Part shown: positions 1-11,376 of the stretch, piece after piece
Numbering within the stretch: the first letter of the stretch is position 1
How the letters are laid out: each line of letters starts with the position of its first letter
Origin: Prochlorococcus marinus subsp. pastoris str. CCMP1986
Lineage (GTDB): Bacteria > Cyanobacteriota > Cyanobacteriia > PCC-6307 > Cyanobiaceae
Assembly: GCF_000011465.1 (NCBI RefSeq)
Contig: NC_005072.1
Span: 1,380,001-1,412,000 of the forward strand
Direction of reading: 5' to 3'
DNA: 32,000 nucleotides
The notes under the pieces: model-generated
The model's input: the letters and a program-made list of their open reading frames with translations, nothing else
What the model was told of the DNA's origin: nothing
Database searches by the model: none
Translations under genes and position numbers: made by a program

Positions 1-953
1 TTTTACTTATAATTATAATTTTAGTAGGTTCAGCATGTTGTTCAGGAGTAGAAGCAGCTTTTTTAGCAGTCAATTCAATAAGGATTTTAGAATTAGCATC
101 AAAACAAAAACCCAAGAGTTCTGCAAATCAACTACTTAAACTTAGAAAACATCTTGGGAGAACTTTAACTGTAATTACCATAACTAATAATGGGTTTAAC
201 ATAATTGGTAGTCTCCTTTTAGGAGTCTATGGGGCACTAATAATTAAAAGTAGTTTGGGATTAACATTATTTTCAATCGCTTTTTATGTATTAGTTGTAT
301 TACTTGGCGAAGTACTTCCAAAAGCATTAGGTACAAGATTTTCCCTACAAATAGCCATGTTTTCTGTTCCTATTTTGAGGATGTTAAATAGTTTAATGAG
401 GCCATTTTTATTATTAATAGAACAATTATTTCCTGTTATAACTGCGGAGAACGAAATATCGACTGATGAAGCAGAGATTAGACAAATGGCGAAAATAGGC
501 TCACAGAAGGGATTTATAGAGGCTGATGAAGCAGAAATGATACTTAAGGTTTTTCAATTAAATGACTTAAAAGCGAAAGATTTAATGATCCCAAGAGTGT
601 CAGCGCCTAGTCTTGATGGGTCCTCAAATCTTGATGAAATTTCCAAACTTATAATTTCAAATAATTCTCCATGGTGGGTTGTTTTGGGAGATAAAGTTGA
701 CAAAATACAAGGGATAGCTAAACGTGAGAACTTACTAACTAGTCTTATCAAAGGAGAAAATAAAAAATTAATATCTGAATTATGTGATCCTGTCGACTAC
801 ATCCCGGAAATGATAAAAGTAGACAAGTTGTTAACAAGATTTGACAAGGATCATAAAGGAGTGAAAGTAGTAGTAGATGAATTTGGAGGATTCGTGGGAA
901 TAATCGGATCAGAAGCTGTGCTCTCGGTATTGGCAGGTTGGTGGAAAGAATAA
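1..953 (+). CDS. DUF21/CBS-domain membrane protein (CNNM/CorC, 'hemolysin'-like), 5' end outside the window
   Basis: The listed ORF starts at 255, but the same frame is open back to position 3 (LLIIIILVGSACCSGVEAAFLAVNSIRILELASK...), resembling the N-terminal DUF21 signature. Hydrophobic segments are followed by a CBS-like region (LNDLKAKDLMIPR... VVVDEFGGFVGIIGSEAVL). Confidence 0.85.
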   Translation, partial: LLIIIILVGSACCSGVEAAFLAVNSIRILELASKQKPKSSANQLLKLRKHLGRTLTVITITNNGFNIIGSLLLGVYGALIIKSSLGLTLFSIAFYVLVVLLGEVLPKALGTRFSLQIAMFSVPILRMLNSLMRPFLLLIEQLFPVITAENEISTDEAEIRQMAKIGSQKGFIEADEAEMILKVFQLNDLKAKDLMIPRVSAPSLDGSSNLDEISKLIISNNSPWWVVLGDKVDKIQGIAKRENLLTSLIKGENKKLISELCDPVDYIPEMIKVDKLLTRFDKDHKGVKVVVDEFGGFVGIIGSEAVLSVLAGWWKE

Positions 954-2197
954 AAATGAAGCAAATTAATATTGATAAAAGTTATTTACTTTTGAAAAAA
1001 TGGTGGGAAAGTATTGATCTTACAAACTATGAAAAATGTAATTTAAACAATGAAATTATTTCTTTAAATCAACAACTTTTCAGACTTAACGAAAAGCAAT
1101 TAAGAATTGGAATATATGGCAAAGCAGGAGTTGGTAAATCCTCTATTTTGAATTTAATATTAAATAAAAACGTATTTAAGACAGGCATTATAAATGGGAC
1201 CACAAAAAATATTGAAAGGGAAGAGTGGAATTTCAAGCATCAAAGTCTAAGAACAATCGAATTAATTGATGCTCCAGGCTTTGATTTTTGTGACATCAAA
1301 GATCCAGAAAATATATTCTCGCAAATCAATAGTTCAGAACTAATTTTATTTACAATAACTGGAGATATAAACAGAAATGAAGTATCTCAAATCAATTCAT
1401 TTATTAAGAATGGGAAAAAAATTATTCTTGTTTTTAATAAAATTGATATGTGGGAAGGGCATGATTTAAAAGAAATTTTAAAAAATATAAGGTTAAAACT
1501 TCCACAATATATAAAAATCCCGATAATAATAAATTCGAAAAATAATATTAGGAACCAGTTAAGTGAGTTAATTAATAATTATGGAGAAAGTCTATTGACT
1601 TTAAACTCTCTTCAATTAGCTGATAAATTATTCTTAAAAATAAAAGAACAAAGATTAAAAAAAAGACAACGCGAAGCTCAATCGATTATAGGTAAATTTG
1701 CAACAATAAAAGCATCAGGTGTAGCATTGAATCCATTGATTTTGCTTGATATTGCAGGAGGTTTTGCATTAGATACTGCATTAGTTAGTGAGTTGAGCAA
1801 AGTTTATGGATTAAATCTTAAAGGTGAATCAGTACGAAAAATCATCAAAAAGATTTCTATAAATAATATCTTCCTTGGAGCCACTCAAGTTGGTATAAAT
1901 ACATCTTTTAATTTATTGCGTAAAATTTTCTTGGCCACTGCTCCTTTTACAAATGGTTTATCATTATTACCCTACGGACCTATTGCTATTGTACAAGCAG
2001 CTATATCGGTTCGCTCAACAAAAATAGTTGGTAAATTAGCCGCTAAAGAAATATTTAGAAAAAGTAAAGGATATCTTTTAGATCCATCTCACATAATCAA
2101 AAAAATCGCAATTAAAGAACCTGAGATTTTTGATTATACAAAGATTTATTTATCTAGTAAAAAGTTAGATAATAATTTTTCTATTTTTCTACCTTGA
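938..2197 (+). CDS. Era/dynamin-like GTP-binding protein with hydrophobic C-terminal region (DUF697-like)
   Basis: G1 GKAGVGKSS, G3 DAPG, G4 NKID; C-terminal hydrophobic Gly/Ala-rich segments. Overlaps the end of the upstream gene. Confidence 0.8.
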   Translation: MVERIKMKQINIDKSYLLLKKWWESIDLTNYEKCNLNNEIISLNQQLFRLNEKQLRIGIYGKAGVGKSSILNLILNKNVFKTGIINGTTKNIEREEWNFKHQSLRTIELIDAPGFDFCDIKDPENIFSQINSSELILFTITGDINRNEVSQINSFIKNGKKIILVFNKIDMWEGHDLKEILKNIRLKLPQYIKIPIIINSKNNIRNQLSELINNYGESLLTLNSLQLADKLFLKIKEQRLKKRQREAQSIIGKFATIKASGVALNPLILLDIAGGFALDTALVSELSKVYGLNLKGESVRKIIKKISINNIFLGATQVGINTSFNLLRKIFLATAPFTNGLSLLPYGPIAIVQAAISVRSTKIVGKLAAKEIFRKSKGYLLDPSHIIKKIAIKEPEIFDYTKIYLSSKKLDNNFSIFLP

Positions 2198-2775
2198 AAT
2201 TTGATACTAAAAATCGAATTGCCTTATTTGGGACTAGTGCAGATCCACCAACCATTGGTCACAAAAAAATACTTGAAGAATTATCAAACATTTATTCTTG
2301 TGTTATTGCTTATGCAAGTGATAATCCAAAAAAAAAGCATAAAGAAAATATTTTCTTTCGAAACCTTTTATTAAAATCACTTATAAAAGATATAAATAAT
2401 CCTAAAATCATTTTTAATCAAAAAATAAGTAGCCAATGGGCTATCGAATCTATTGAAGAATGTCAAAAAAATTATCCCTCTAGTAAAGTAGATTTTGTAA
2501 TAGGAAGTGATTTAATTACGGAAATTTTCTCATGGAAAAATTTTGATAAGATTATTCATGCAGTTAAATTACTTATCATCAAAAGGGAAGGATATCCAAT
2601 TGAATCTAAGACTCTTAAAATGTTAAAAATTAATAAAGTTATCTTTGAAATTTCTTCATTAAACATTCCCAATATTTCTAGTTCAATGGTTAGATTAAAT
2701 AATAATTATTCTGATTTACCTGAATCATTAATCGATATAGTGAAGAAGAATAACTTATATAAAACGATTAGGTAG
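2194..2775 (+). CDS. nadD: Nicotinate-nucleotide adenylyltransferase
   Basis: Nucleotidyltransferase motif GTSADPPTIGHKKIL, FVIGSDLI, and C-terminal ISSSMVR (ISST.IR-type). 4-bp overlap with the GTPase gene and directly followed by nadE. Confidence 0.88.
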   Translation: MKFDTKNRIALFGTSADPPTIGHKKILEELSNIYSCVIAYASDNPKKKHKENIFFRNLLLKSLIKDINNPKIIFNQKISSQWAIESIEECQKNYPSSKVDFVIGSDLITEIFSWKNFDKIIHAVKLLIIKREGYPIESKTLKMLKINKVIFEISSLNIPNISSSMVRLNNNYSDLPESLIDIVKKNNLYKTIR

Positions 2776-2779
2776 TTGA

Positions 2780-4477
2780 ATGAATTTTTTCATTGCACAA
2801 TTGAATCCAATTGTGGGAGATCTAGAGGGGAATGCGAAAAAAATACTTACTGAAACTGGTAAAGCATATTCAAATTGTGCTGATATGGTTCTCACCCCAG
2901 AATTATCATTATGGGGTTATCCTGCTAAAGATTTACTTCTAAAAAAAAATTTAATTGAAAGACAATATTCTATTTTAGATCAATTATCCATATCAATTTT
3001 TAAAAAATATGGGAATTTAAGTGTTGCGGTAGGGATTGCAGAAAAGATTGATGATTCTTTTTTCCCAAATCTTTATAATTCTATTGTTCTTATTGAGCGT
3101 GGCAAATGGAAAACAATTGCACGTAAAATTATTCTCCCAACTTATGAAGTATTTGATGAAAAACGATACTTTCGATCTGAGCAAAGAGTATCTGTAATCT
3201 CCAAAACAATAAAAAACAAAACTTATAAGCTTGGAATAACTATATGCGAAGATTTATGGGTTAATGAAAATATAGAAGGAAGAGGTATTCATAAAAAGAA
3301 TCCGATTATAGATTTAAAAAGCAAAAAAATTGATCTTTTATTAAATTTATCTGCCTCTCCTTATACGTTCAAAAAATTCAATTTAAGAAATAAAATTTCA
3401 AGTTTTGCTGCTAAATATCTTCAAGTCCCCTTAATATATGTTAACCAGATAGGGGCAAATGATGATTTAATTTTTGATGGAAATAGTTTCATTATGAATA
3501 AAAATGGATCAAAAATTAAACAATTAAAATCGTTCTCAGAGGATACCTCTAGTTGGGATATTAACGAAAATTTAAATTTAGTAGACGAAAAAATCTCTTC
3601 TGAAATTTCTTCAGTTTTTGATGCTTTAGTTTTAGGAGTAAAAGACTATGCTAAAAAATGCGGATTTAGATCCGCTTTAATTGGCCTAAGCGGAGGAATT
3701 GATTCAGCATTAGTTTCAGTAATTGCAACTGCTGCATTAGGAAGTGAAAAAATTTTTTGCGTTTCAATGCCTTCAAAGTGGAGCTCAGAGCATTCTAAAA
3801 TCGATGCAAAAGATTTAGTCGCAAGACTAAACATAAACTTAAATACAATTTCAATTGAGAATATTATGTCCTCTTTTGAAAAATCTTTTATAGAAAGCTT
3901 AAACTTCAAAACAGAAGGAATAACAAATCAAAATATTCAATCAAGGATAAGGGGTACTCTCTTAATGGCTTTAGCTAATCAAGAAAATCATTTGTTACTT
4001 TCAACAGGTAATAAATCAGAACTAGCTGTTGGATATTGCACTTTATATGGTGACATGAATGGAGGATTATCTGTAATAGGTGATTTATATAAAACTAACG
4101 TTTTTAAATTGTGTAGATGGCTTGATAGTAAAGATTCAATAGAACATAGAAAAGCATATAAATTAGATACCAAAGTCAAAATAATAGGCGATCAAATCTG
4201 CAATAAGCCTCCAAGCGCTGAACTTGGTCCTGATCAACTTGATACTGATTCACTACCTCCATACTCTTTATTGGATAAAATTCTGAAGGGAATTATTGAA
4301 GAAAAAAAAGATTTACAACTTCTTGAACAAGATGGTCATACCAAAGAACAAATTTTAAAAATAATTACACTTATTAAAAAAGCCGAATTCAAAAGAAAGC
4401 AAGCTCCTCCAATACTAAAACTAAGTAGTCAATCACTTGGTAGTGACTGGAGAGTACCAATTGCAATCTCTAATTAA
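2780..4477 (+). CDS. nadE: Glutamine-dependent NAD+ synthetase
   Basis: N-terminal nitrilase/amidase domain (PELSLWGYPAKDLL, KIILPTYEVFDEKRYF, ICEDLW) and C-terminal NAD synthase P-loop SGGIDSALV, STGNKSELAVGY. Confidence 0.95.
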   Translation: MNFFIAQLNPIVGDLEGNAKKILTETGKAYSNCADMVLTPELSLWGYPAKDLLLKKNLIERQYSILDQLSISIFKKYGNLSVAVGIAEKIDDSFFPNLYNSIVLIERGKWKTIARKIILPTYEVFDEKRYFRSEQRVSVISKTIKNKTYKLGITICEDLWVNENIEGRGIHKKNPIIDLKSKKIDLLLNLSASPYTFKKFNLRNKISSFAAKYLQVPLIYVNQIGANDDLIFDGNSFIMNKNGSKIKQLKSFSEDTSSWDINENLNLVDEKISSEISSVFDALVLGVKDYAKKCGFRSALIGLSGGIDSALVSVIATAALGSEKIFCVSMPSKWSSEHSKIDAKDLVARLNINLNTISIENIMSSFEKSFIESLNFKTEGITNQNIQSRIRGTLLMALANQENHLLLSTGNKSELAVGYCTLYGDMNGGLSVIGDLYKTNVFKLCRWLDSKDSIEHRKAYKLDTKVKIIGDQICNKPPSAELGPDQLDTDSLPPYSLLDKILKGIIEEKKDLQLLEQDGHTKEQILKIITLIKKAEFKRKQAPPILKLSSQSLGSDWRVPIAISN

Positions 4478-4482
4478 AAAAG

Positions 4483-5541
4483 CTATTTCTTAAAATTTAA
4501 TTCTTGGACTTTATTCAACGGTCTTTTAATTGATTTTAGATTAATTCCCTGTCTAAGAGCAAGAATTAAGCCTGCAGCCTCGAAGTAACTATCCACTTCA
4601 ATGAGTTTGGGATAATTTAAATTATGATTTCCAAGATTTAATATATTTTTATTTTTTACAGAGATTACATTTAAACCTCTCTCAATACAAGCTAATACTC
4701 CTTCTCCTCCTAATGCCCCACTTGGAACAACAATAGATTCGATATGACTTGGGTGTAAGGTTATATTTTCATTGTTATCATTCAATTCTATAAGATCTGG
4801 TGCATTACTTAATCCAATCAGTACTGATGGCAAAAATGTATATCCTATTTCTTCTGAAGCAGCACGAGGATCTAAATTTTCGTTCAATTCAATTGGACTT
4901 AATGCAGGTGCATGTGCACAGGGGACTTTGAGATACTTACTTATCAAGTGACTTATTACAGCCTCCACTCCAGCAATAGGATCTACCCCCTTTCCCTCCC
5001 TATATGAATTTGTCTCAATCAAATCAGTATTATCAGGGAATTTGGCTACTATCGCTATTGCAGTTATCCCTTTCTCTATAAGCCTTTCTCCTGCTTCAAT
5101 TAAAGTATCGGGATTTTCAATCAAACCTTCGCTTATACCTTGTAATTCAGACTCAATAACTATTCCTAGCGGTTCTTTTGTTAAAACATATGAATCAACA
5201 TCAATCCCTAAAGTTGCGACACAAGCATCTGCGGCTTGTAAATGTCTCATTAATATTTCATGTTCAATACTTGAATCAAAAATTATTCCAATTTTCTGCT
5301 GTTTTACACTTTTGAGACCAATTTCTCCTTTAGCAAATCGATCTAAACTATAACCTTCCACGTAAAAAATATCTTTATTCTGTTCAGAAAGAGATCCCCC
5401 ATTCATGACATTTGGATGAGTAATTAAACATCCACTCGCAGATGCTAATAATTTTGCAGCAGGAAGGGCATCACCAGCGAATCCTCCTATTTCACATCCA
5501 ATTCCTGTTGGAATAATAAATATTGTGGGGGATATTGACAT
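4483..5541 (-). CDS. DUF3326 family protein of unknown function
   Basis: 352-aa ORF (MSISPTIFIIPTGIGCEIGGFAGDALPAAKLLASASGCLITHPNVMNGG...), recognised from memory as the conserved cyanobacterial/plant DUF3326-type family. Downstream of, and co-directional with, the ferredoxin ORF. Confidence 0.65.
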   Translation of the reverse strand: MSISPTIFIIPTGIGCEIGGFAGDALPAAKLLASASGCLITHPNVMNGGSLSEQNKDIFYVEGYSLDRFAKGEIGLKSVKQQKIGIIFDSSIEHEILMRHLQAADACVATLGIDVDSYVLTKEPLGIVIESELQGISEGLIENPDTLIEAGERLIEKGITAIAIVAKFPDNTDLIETNSYREGKGVDPIAGVEAVISHLISKYLKVPCAHAPALSPIELNENLDPRAASEEIGYTFLPSVLIGLSNAPDLIELNDNNENITLHPSHIESIVVPSGALGGEGVLACIERGLNVISVKNKNILNLGNHNLNYPKLIEVDSYFEAAGLILALRQGINLKSIKRPLNKVQELNFKK

Positions 5542-5545
5542 TGAA

Positions 5546-5755
5546 TTATATTTTTGAATTCACTGGATTTACTAAAACAGCCTTAATTCTTATTTTTTTT
5601 ATATTAAGGGACTCTACTGAATCTTTAATATCTTCGATAGACCATCTTATAACTTCCCCTTTTTTCATAAGATTTTCAGTAATAAATCTCCTCAAATGAA
5701 TAATGTTTTTTGATCCTGGCCAATCTAAATAAAAATCAACCTTTTTTAAGTTCAT
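5546..5755 (-). CDS. Conserved small hypothetical protein (69 aa)
   Basis: ORF with a 4-bp overlap with the ferredoxin gene and only 4 bp before the DUF3326 ORF; position in a compact gene string supports coding. Confidence 0.6.
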   Translation of the reverse strand: MNLKKVDFYLDWPGSKNIIHLRRFITENLMKKGEVIRWSIEDIKDSVESLNIKKIRIKAVLVNPVNSKI

Positions 5756-6078
5756 ATTTGATATTTACCAAATTGATTATTATATAGATTATCTTCAACT
5801 TCATCGCCGATAATAATATGTAGATCAGATTTTGGATACGCAACACATAAAAGAGCAAAACCCTTTTCCTTCAAATCATCATTTAAACCCATTGCATCCT
5901 CTTGTTCAACTGATCCATCAATCACCATTGAGGCGCAGCTTGTACATACTCCCGAACAACAACTACTTGGTAAATCAATTCCATTAGCTTTAGCAGCAGA
6001 TATTATATCTTGATCTTCAGGACATAAAAAAACATACGTCTTTTTTTCTAATTCAACTTTTATATTATATTCCGACAT
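5752..6078 (-). CDS. 2Fe-2S plant-type ferredoxin, divergent
   Basis: Cluster motif CCSGVCTSCASM plus distal Cys in ALLCVAYPKSDL; ~108 aa. Confidence 0.88.
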   Translation of the reverse strand: MSEYNIKVELEKKTYVFLCPEDQDIISAAKANGIDLPSSCCSGVCTSCASMVIDGSVEQEDAMGLNDDLKEKGFALLCVAYPKSDLHIIIGDEVEDNLYNNQFGKYQI

Positions 6079-6092
6079 TTTTAAAGATTCCG

Positions 6093-7043
6093 CTAGACTG
6101 CTGAACCTCCAACTACTTCAAGTATTTCCTGAGTTATAGCAGCTTGTCTTGCTTTGTTATAGGTAAGGTTTAGAGTACTTGCTAATTCTTTAGCATTATC
6201 ACTCGCATTATTCATAGCTGTCATTCTACAGGCAAGTTCTGAAGCAGCTGACTCTTGCAGCGCTCTAAGAATCTGATTCTGTAAGTACAAAGGTAATAAG
6301 GAATCTAATAACTGATCAGGACTTTGTTCAAAAACAATATCAGAAGGTAATTTATCTGAATCATTCTTTTCTATATTTGATTTTTCAACGAGTAACTTAC
6401 TATTTTTTGTAGTTAATCTAAAAATCTCATCATTATCCTCAGCAATTCCTTGAGGATCTAATGGCAACAATGTTTGCACAACTGGGGCACAACTCACGAG
6501 AGTGATGAATTTGGTATATATAATCTCTACCCTATCTGAGTTTTCTGATAAAAATTCGGCTAAGACATCATTAGTTATTCCTTCAGAATCTATAGCTGTT
6601 GGTACTTGTTCTAGCTCTTTGAATGTACTTTTTATTACGTATCTATCTTTCCTATTTTGGAAATAACCTATTGCCTTTTTGCCAACTAAAATCAAGTTAG
6701 GTTCATAACCTTGTTTGATCAACTCTGCGTACCTAATTTCAACCTTTTTAATTATGTTCGTATTGTATCCCCCACATAAACCTCTATCGGCAGTTATGCA
6801 AACTAAGGAGATTTTTTTTACGTTCCTTTTGGATAACAGAGGAGAATCTACAGCTTCAAACTGAACCCTAGATTGAATATTCTCGAGGACACGGGCAAGT
6901 TTGTCAGCGAAAGGTCTACTTTTTAGTACTTGATCTTGTGCTCTCCTCACCTTTGCAGCCGCAACTAATCTCATGGCTTCTGTTATTTTTCTAGTATTTT
7001 TAACAGAAACAATTCGATCTCTGATTTCTTTAAGATTTGCCAT
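6093..7043 (-). CDS. atpG: ATP synthase F1 subunit gamma
   Basis: N-term [33 protein letters not shown]; C-term [42 protein letters not shown]; longer central region as in cyanobacterial gamma. Confidence 0.97.
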   Translation of the reverse strand: [316 protein letters not shown]

Positions 7044-7063
7044 GATATCTCCTTAGAATAAAT

Positions 7064-8593
<1,530 letters not shown>

Positions 8594-8612
8594 TTAAGGT
8601 TGGATTTTGAAT

Positions 8613-9155
8613 TTACTTGGATAGTGACAAACCAAGCTTTCTAATTTGAGAGGCAAGACTAGCATCAATTACTTTAGATCCTACACTCGCGACGAAACCA
8701 CCAATGAGGGATGGGTCGATTTTAGTTACAAGTTCTAATTTTTCAGTTCCAGCTATATTGATAATTTTTTTGGTAATTAAACCTTTTTGATCATCAGTAA
8801 GCTCAACAGCAGAAGTAACAGTTGCCAAAGCAATATTACTATTTTCTCTGTAAATTTCTAAAAATCTATCGAGAATTGAAGTTACAATTCCAATTCTTTG
8901 CCTATCAGCTAATAGTTTTAAAAAATTTAGAAGAGAAGAATTAATCTTTTCTGAAAAAATTTCAATTATTATTTTTTTCTTAGTATCTGTCTCTAAAACT
9001 GGAGAAGATAATGTTTTTTCTAGATCAGGGGAATCATTTATTAAGGATAGTAGTTGTTTTACCTCCTTAACCATTTCTTCAGTTTGATCGTTTTCACTAA
9101 CAACCTGAAGTAAGGCTTCTGCGTATGGGGTAGTAACGGAATTTAAAAGTGGCAT
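8613..9155 (-). CDS. atpH: ATP synthase F1 subunit delta
   Basis: 180-aa ORF with delta/OSCP features (TPYAEALLQV..., IDPSLIGGFVASVGSKVIDASL) between b and alpha. Confidence 0.93.
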   Translation of the reverse strand: MPLLNSVTTPYAEALLQVVSENDQTEEMVKEVKQLLSLINDSPDLEKTLSSPVLETDTKKKIIIEIFSEKINSSLLNFLKLLADRQRIGIVTSILDRFLEIYRENSNIALATVTSAVELTDDQKGLITKKIINIAGTEKLELVTKIDPSLIGGFVASVGSKVIDASLASQIRKLGLSLSK

Positions 9156-9667
9156 TAATTCATCTCAATATTATTTATGGATTGAGTTACCAAATTTTCT
9201 TGAGTTGTTTGATCAAGTCTATTTGGTAGAGAATCTAAAGCTTTCTTAATAGCTAATTCAACAGCTTCTTTTCGAAGTTGAGAAATCGCTCTTGAGGCTT
9301 CTGAGCTTTCATCAGAGATTGCACTTTGTTTTATTCGTGCCATCTCTTCAATGGCTTTTTTCTCACTTTCCATCCTGATTGATTCAGATCTTTTAAGAGA
9401 ATCTGCTTTTATTTGACCAGCTTTTTCTTCTGCTAAAGATAAGTCAGTCTTTGCTTTCTCTAAAGCTTGTGTAGCCTTAAGAAGTCGGTCTTCTGCATCT
9501 TTTAATTCAAGAAGAATTCCCTCTCTTCTTTTTTGAAGCATTTTCCCTAGAAAGCCTGGTAAAAATTTATAAAGGCCAAAAACAACTACAGCCCAATTAA
9601 GAACATTAGTTTCGAATAAATTAAGATTTAATCCAAAACCTTCTGTAGCTAGAAGAGGTAAATTCAT
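9155..9667 (-). CDS. atpF: ATP synthase Fo subunit b
   Basis: N-terminal TM ([26 protein letters not shown]) with charged coiled coil; position in cluster. Confidence 0.93.
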
Positions 9668-10125
9668 TTTTCTAGAATTAATCTATTAACAATAAGTTCG
9701 CTTAAGTCATCAGCTTGCTTAAAAAGCTGGTCACGAGCTGAAGATGTCTGATTTTCTATTTCTAACCTTGCTTTTTCCTTAGAAGCGTTTGCTTCATCAT
9801 TAGCAAGTGCAAGAGCCTCTTTATAAAGCTTATCAGATTCATTCTCAGCTTCGCTCACAATCTTTTGAGCTTCATAGCGAGCGCTTTGGAGCTGACTTAA
9901 TAAATCAGCTTCTAATTTTTCAACTTCTGAAAGTTTATTTTTGGCATCCATAATATTGTTACTTACAAATTTTTCTCTTTTTTCAACAACATTGCCTACT
10001 GGCTTAAAAAAAAGAGAATTTAGTATGTAAGTAAGAGCGACTACTTGTATTGCCATGAGAGGCAAAGTGGCATTTATATCAAATAAACCACCTTCAGTAG
10101 CACCAAAAAAATCAAAGGCCAACAT
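9664..10125 (-). CDS. ATP synthase Fo subunit b'
   Basis: [34 protein letters not shown] followed by coiled coil; 4-bp overlap with b subunit gene. Confidence 0.92.
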
Positions 10126-10193
10126 ATCTTTCAGTTGAAATTAAAAAATTATTTTTAAATATTGCTAATAAGAATTAAAAGCAACATTAACTT

Positions 10194-10457
<264 letters not shown>

Positions 10458-10497
10458 TTAATGCTTGTGATAAATCTTTTTGTCTAACACGCTTGGA

Positions 10498-10540
10498 CAT
10501 TCTTTTTTTTTTAAGAATGGGTCTGAATTTTTCAGACCTA
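10498..10540 (-). promoter_or_regulatory. Tandem hairpins between the Fo a and c subunit genes
   Basis: Plus-strand coordinates: 10518-10527 TGGGTCTGAA pairs with 10531-10540 TTCAGACCTA (10 pairs including one G-T, 3-nt loop). 10498-10504 CATTCTT pairs with 10513-10519 AAGAATG (7 bp, 8-nt loop). Both lie in the 166-bp spacer of the minus-strand atp cluster. Confidence 0.55.
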
Positions 10541-10605
10541 CGCGATTAAATATTTTGCCAGATTACAGGCCCTTTGTAAAAGAGTCTGAATGTATTAAAG
10601 AGAAA

Positions 10606-11331
10606 CTAATGATGTTCTTCTACGGCTTCTCCTATGTAGTAAGCAGCAAGTGTAGCAAAGATTAATGCTTGAATTGCACTTGTGAACAACCCTAGAAACA
10701 TTACAGGAATGGGTAAAACCAGGGGAACTAGAAAAACTAAAACACCAACAACAAGTTCATCAGCAAGAATATTTCCAAAAAGCCTAAAGGATAAAGATAA
10801 AGGTTTAGTAAAGTCTTCTAGAATCTTAAAAGGCAACATTATAGGTGTTGGATGAACATAATATTCAAAATATCTCCAACCCTTATTACTAAGCCCAGCA
10901 TAGAAATAGGATAGAGAAACTAACAATGCCAATGCAATCGTTGTATTAATGTCAGCTGTTGGAGCTCCTAATTCTCCACTTGGTAATTTTATTAATCTCC
11001 AAGGTATAAGCGCTCCTCCCCAATTACTTACAAACACAAATAAGAATAGAGTTCCTATAAAAGGCATCCAATCTCTATAAACTTTTTCACCAATTTGAGT
11101 TCTTGAAAGATCTCTGATGTAGTCCCATAAAAATTCAAGTAAATTCTGCAATCCCTTAGGATCATTTTCCATTTTTTTTGTCCCTACAGAGATGAAAACT
11201 AATAAAGCACCTAATAGGATCCAAGAAGTTAAAAAAACTTGTCCGTGAAGTCTTATATTTCCAATTTGCCAATAAAGATGTTGACCTACTTCTAATGCGG
11301 CAAAATTTGTTGGCAAGGAGTTTAAGAACAT
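10606..11331 (-). CDS. atpB: ATP synthase Fo subunit a
   Basis: [41 protein letters not shown]-term [22 protein letters not shown]. Confidence 0.97.
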   Translation of the reverse strand: MFLNSLPTNFAALEVGQHLYWQIGNIRLHGQVFLTSWILLGALLVFISVGTKKMENDPKGLQNLLEFLWDYIRDLSRTQIGEKVYRDWMPFIGTLFLFVFVSNWGGALIPWRLIKLPSGELGAPTADINTTIALALLVSLSYFYAGLSNKGWRYFEYYVHPTPIMLPFKILEDFTKPLSLSFRLFGNILADELVVGVLVFLVPLVLPIPVMFLGLFTSAIQALIFATLAAYYIGEAVEEHH

Positions 11332-11376
11332 TTTGATTTAAATAAAAATTAATAAATTTTGAAAAGCAAAATTTAT

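Noticed and set aside
3646-4179. Two antisense ORFs within nadE
   Set aside because: Overlap a clear NAD synthetase catalytic domain on the other strand.
5042-5353. 103-aa ORF antisense to the DUF3326 gene
   Set aside because: Shadow ORF; low-complexity Ser/Ile/Pro composition and no independent context.
10480-10665. 61-aa ORF on the plus strand across the atpB/atpE spacer
   Set aside because: Antisense to the atp cluster, partly overlaps atpB, and its sequence is explained by the hairpin repeats; no protein-like features.
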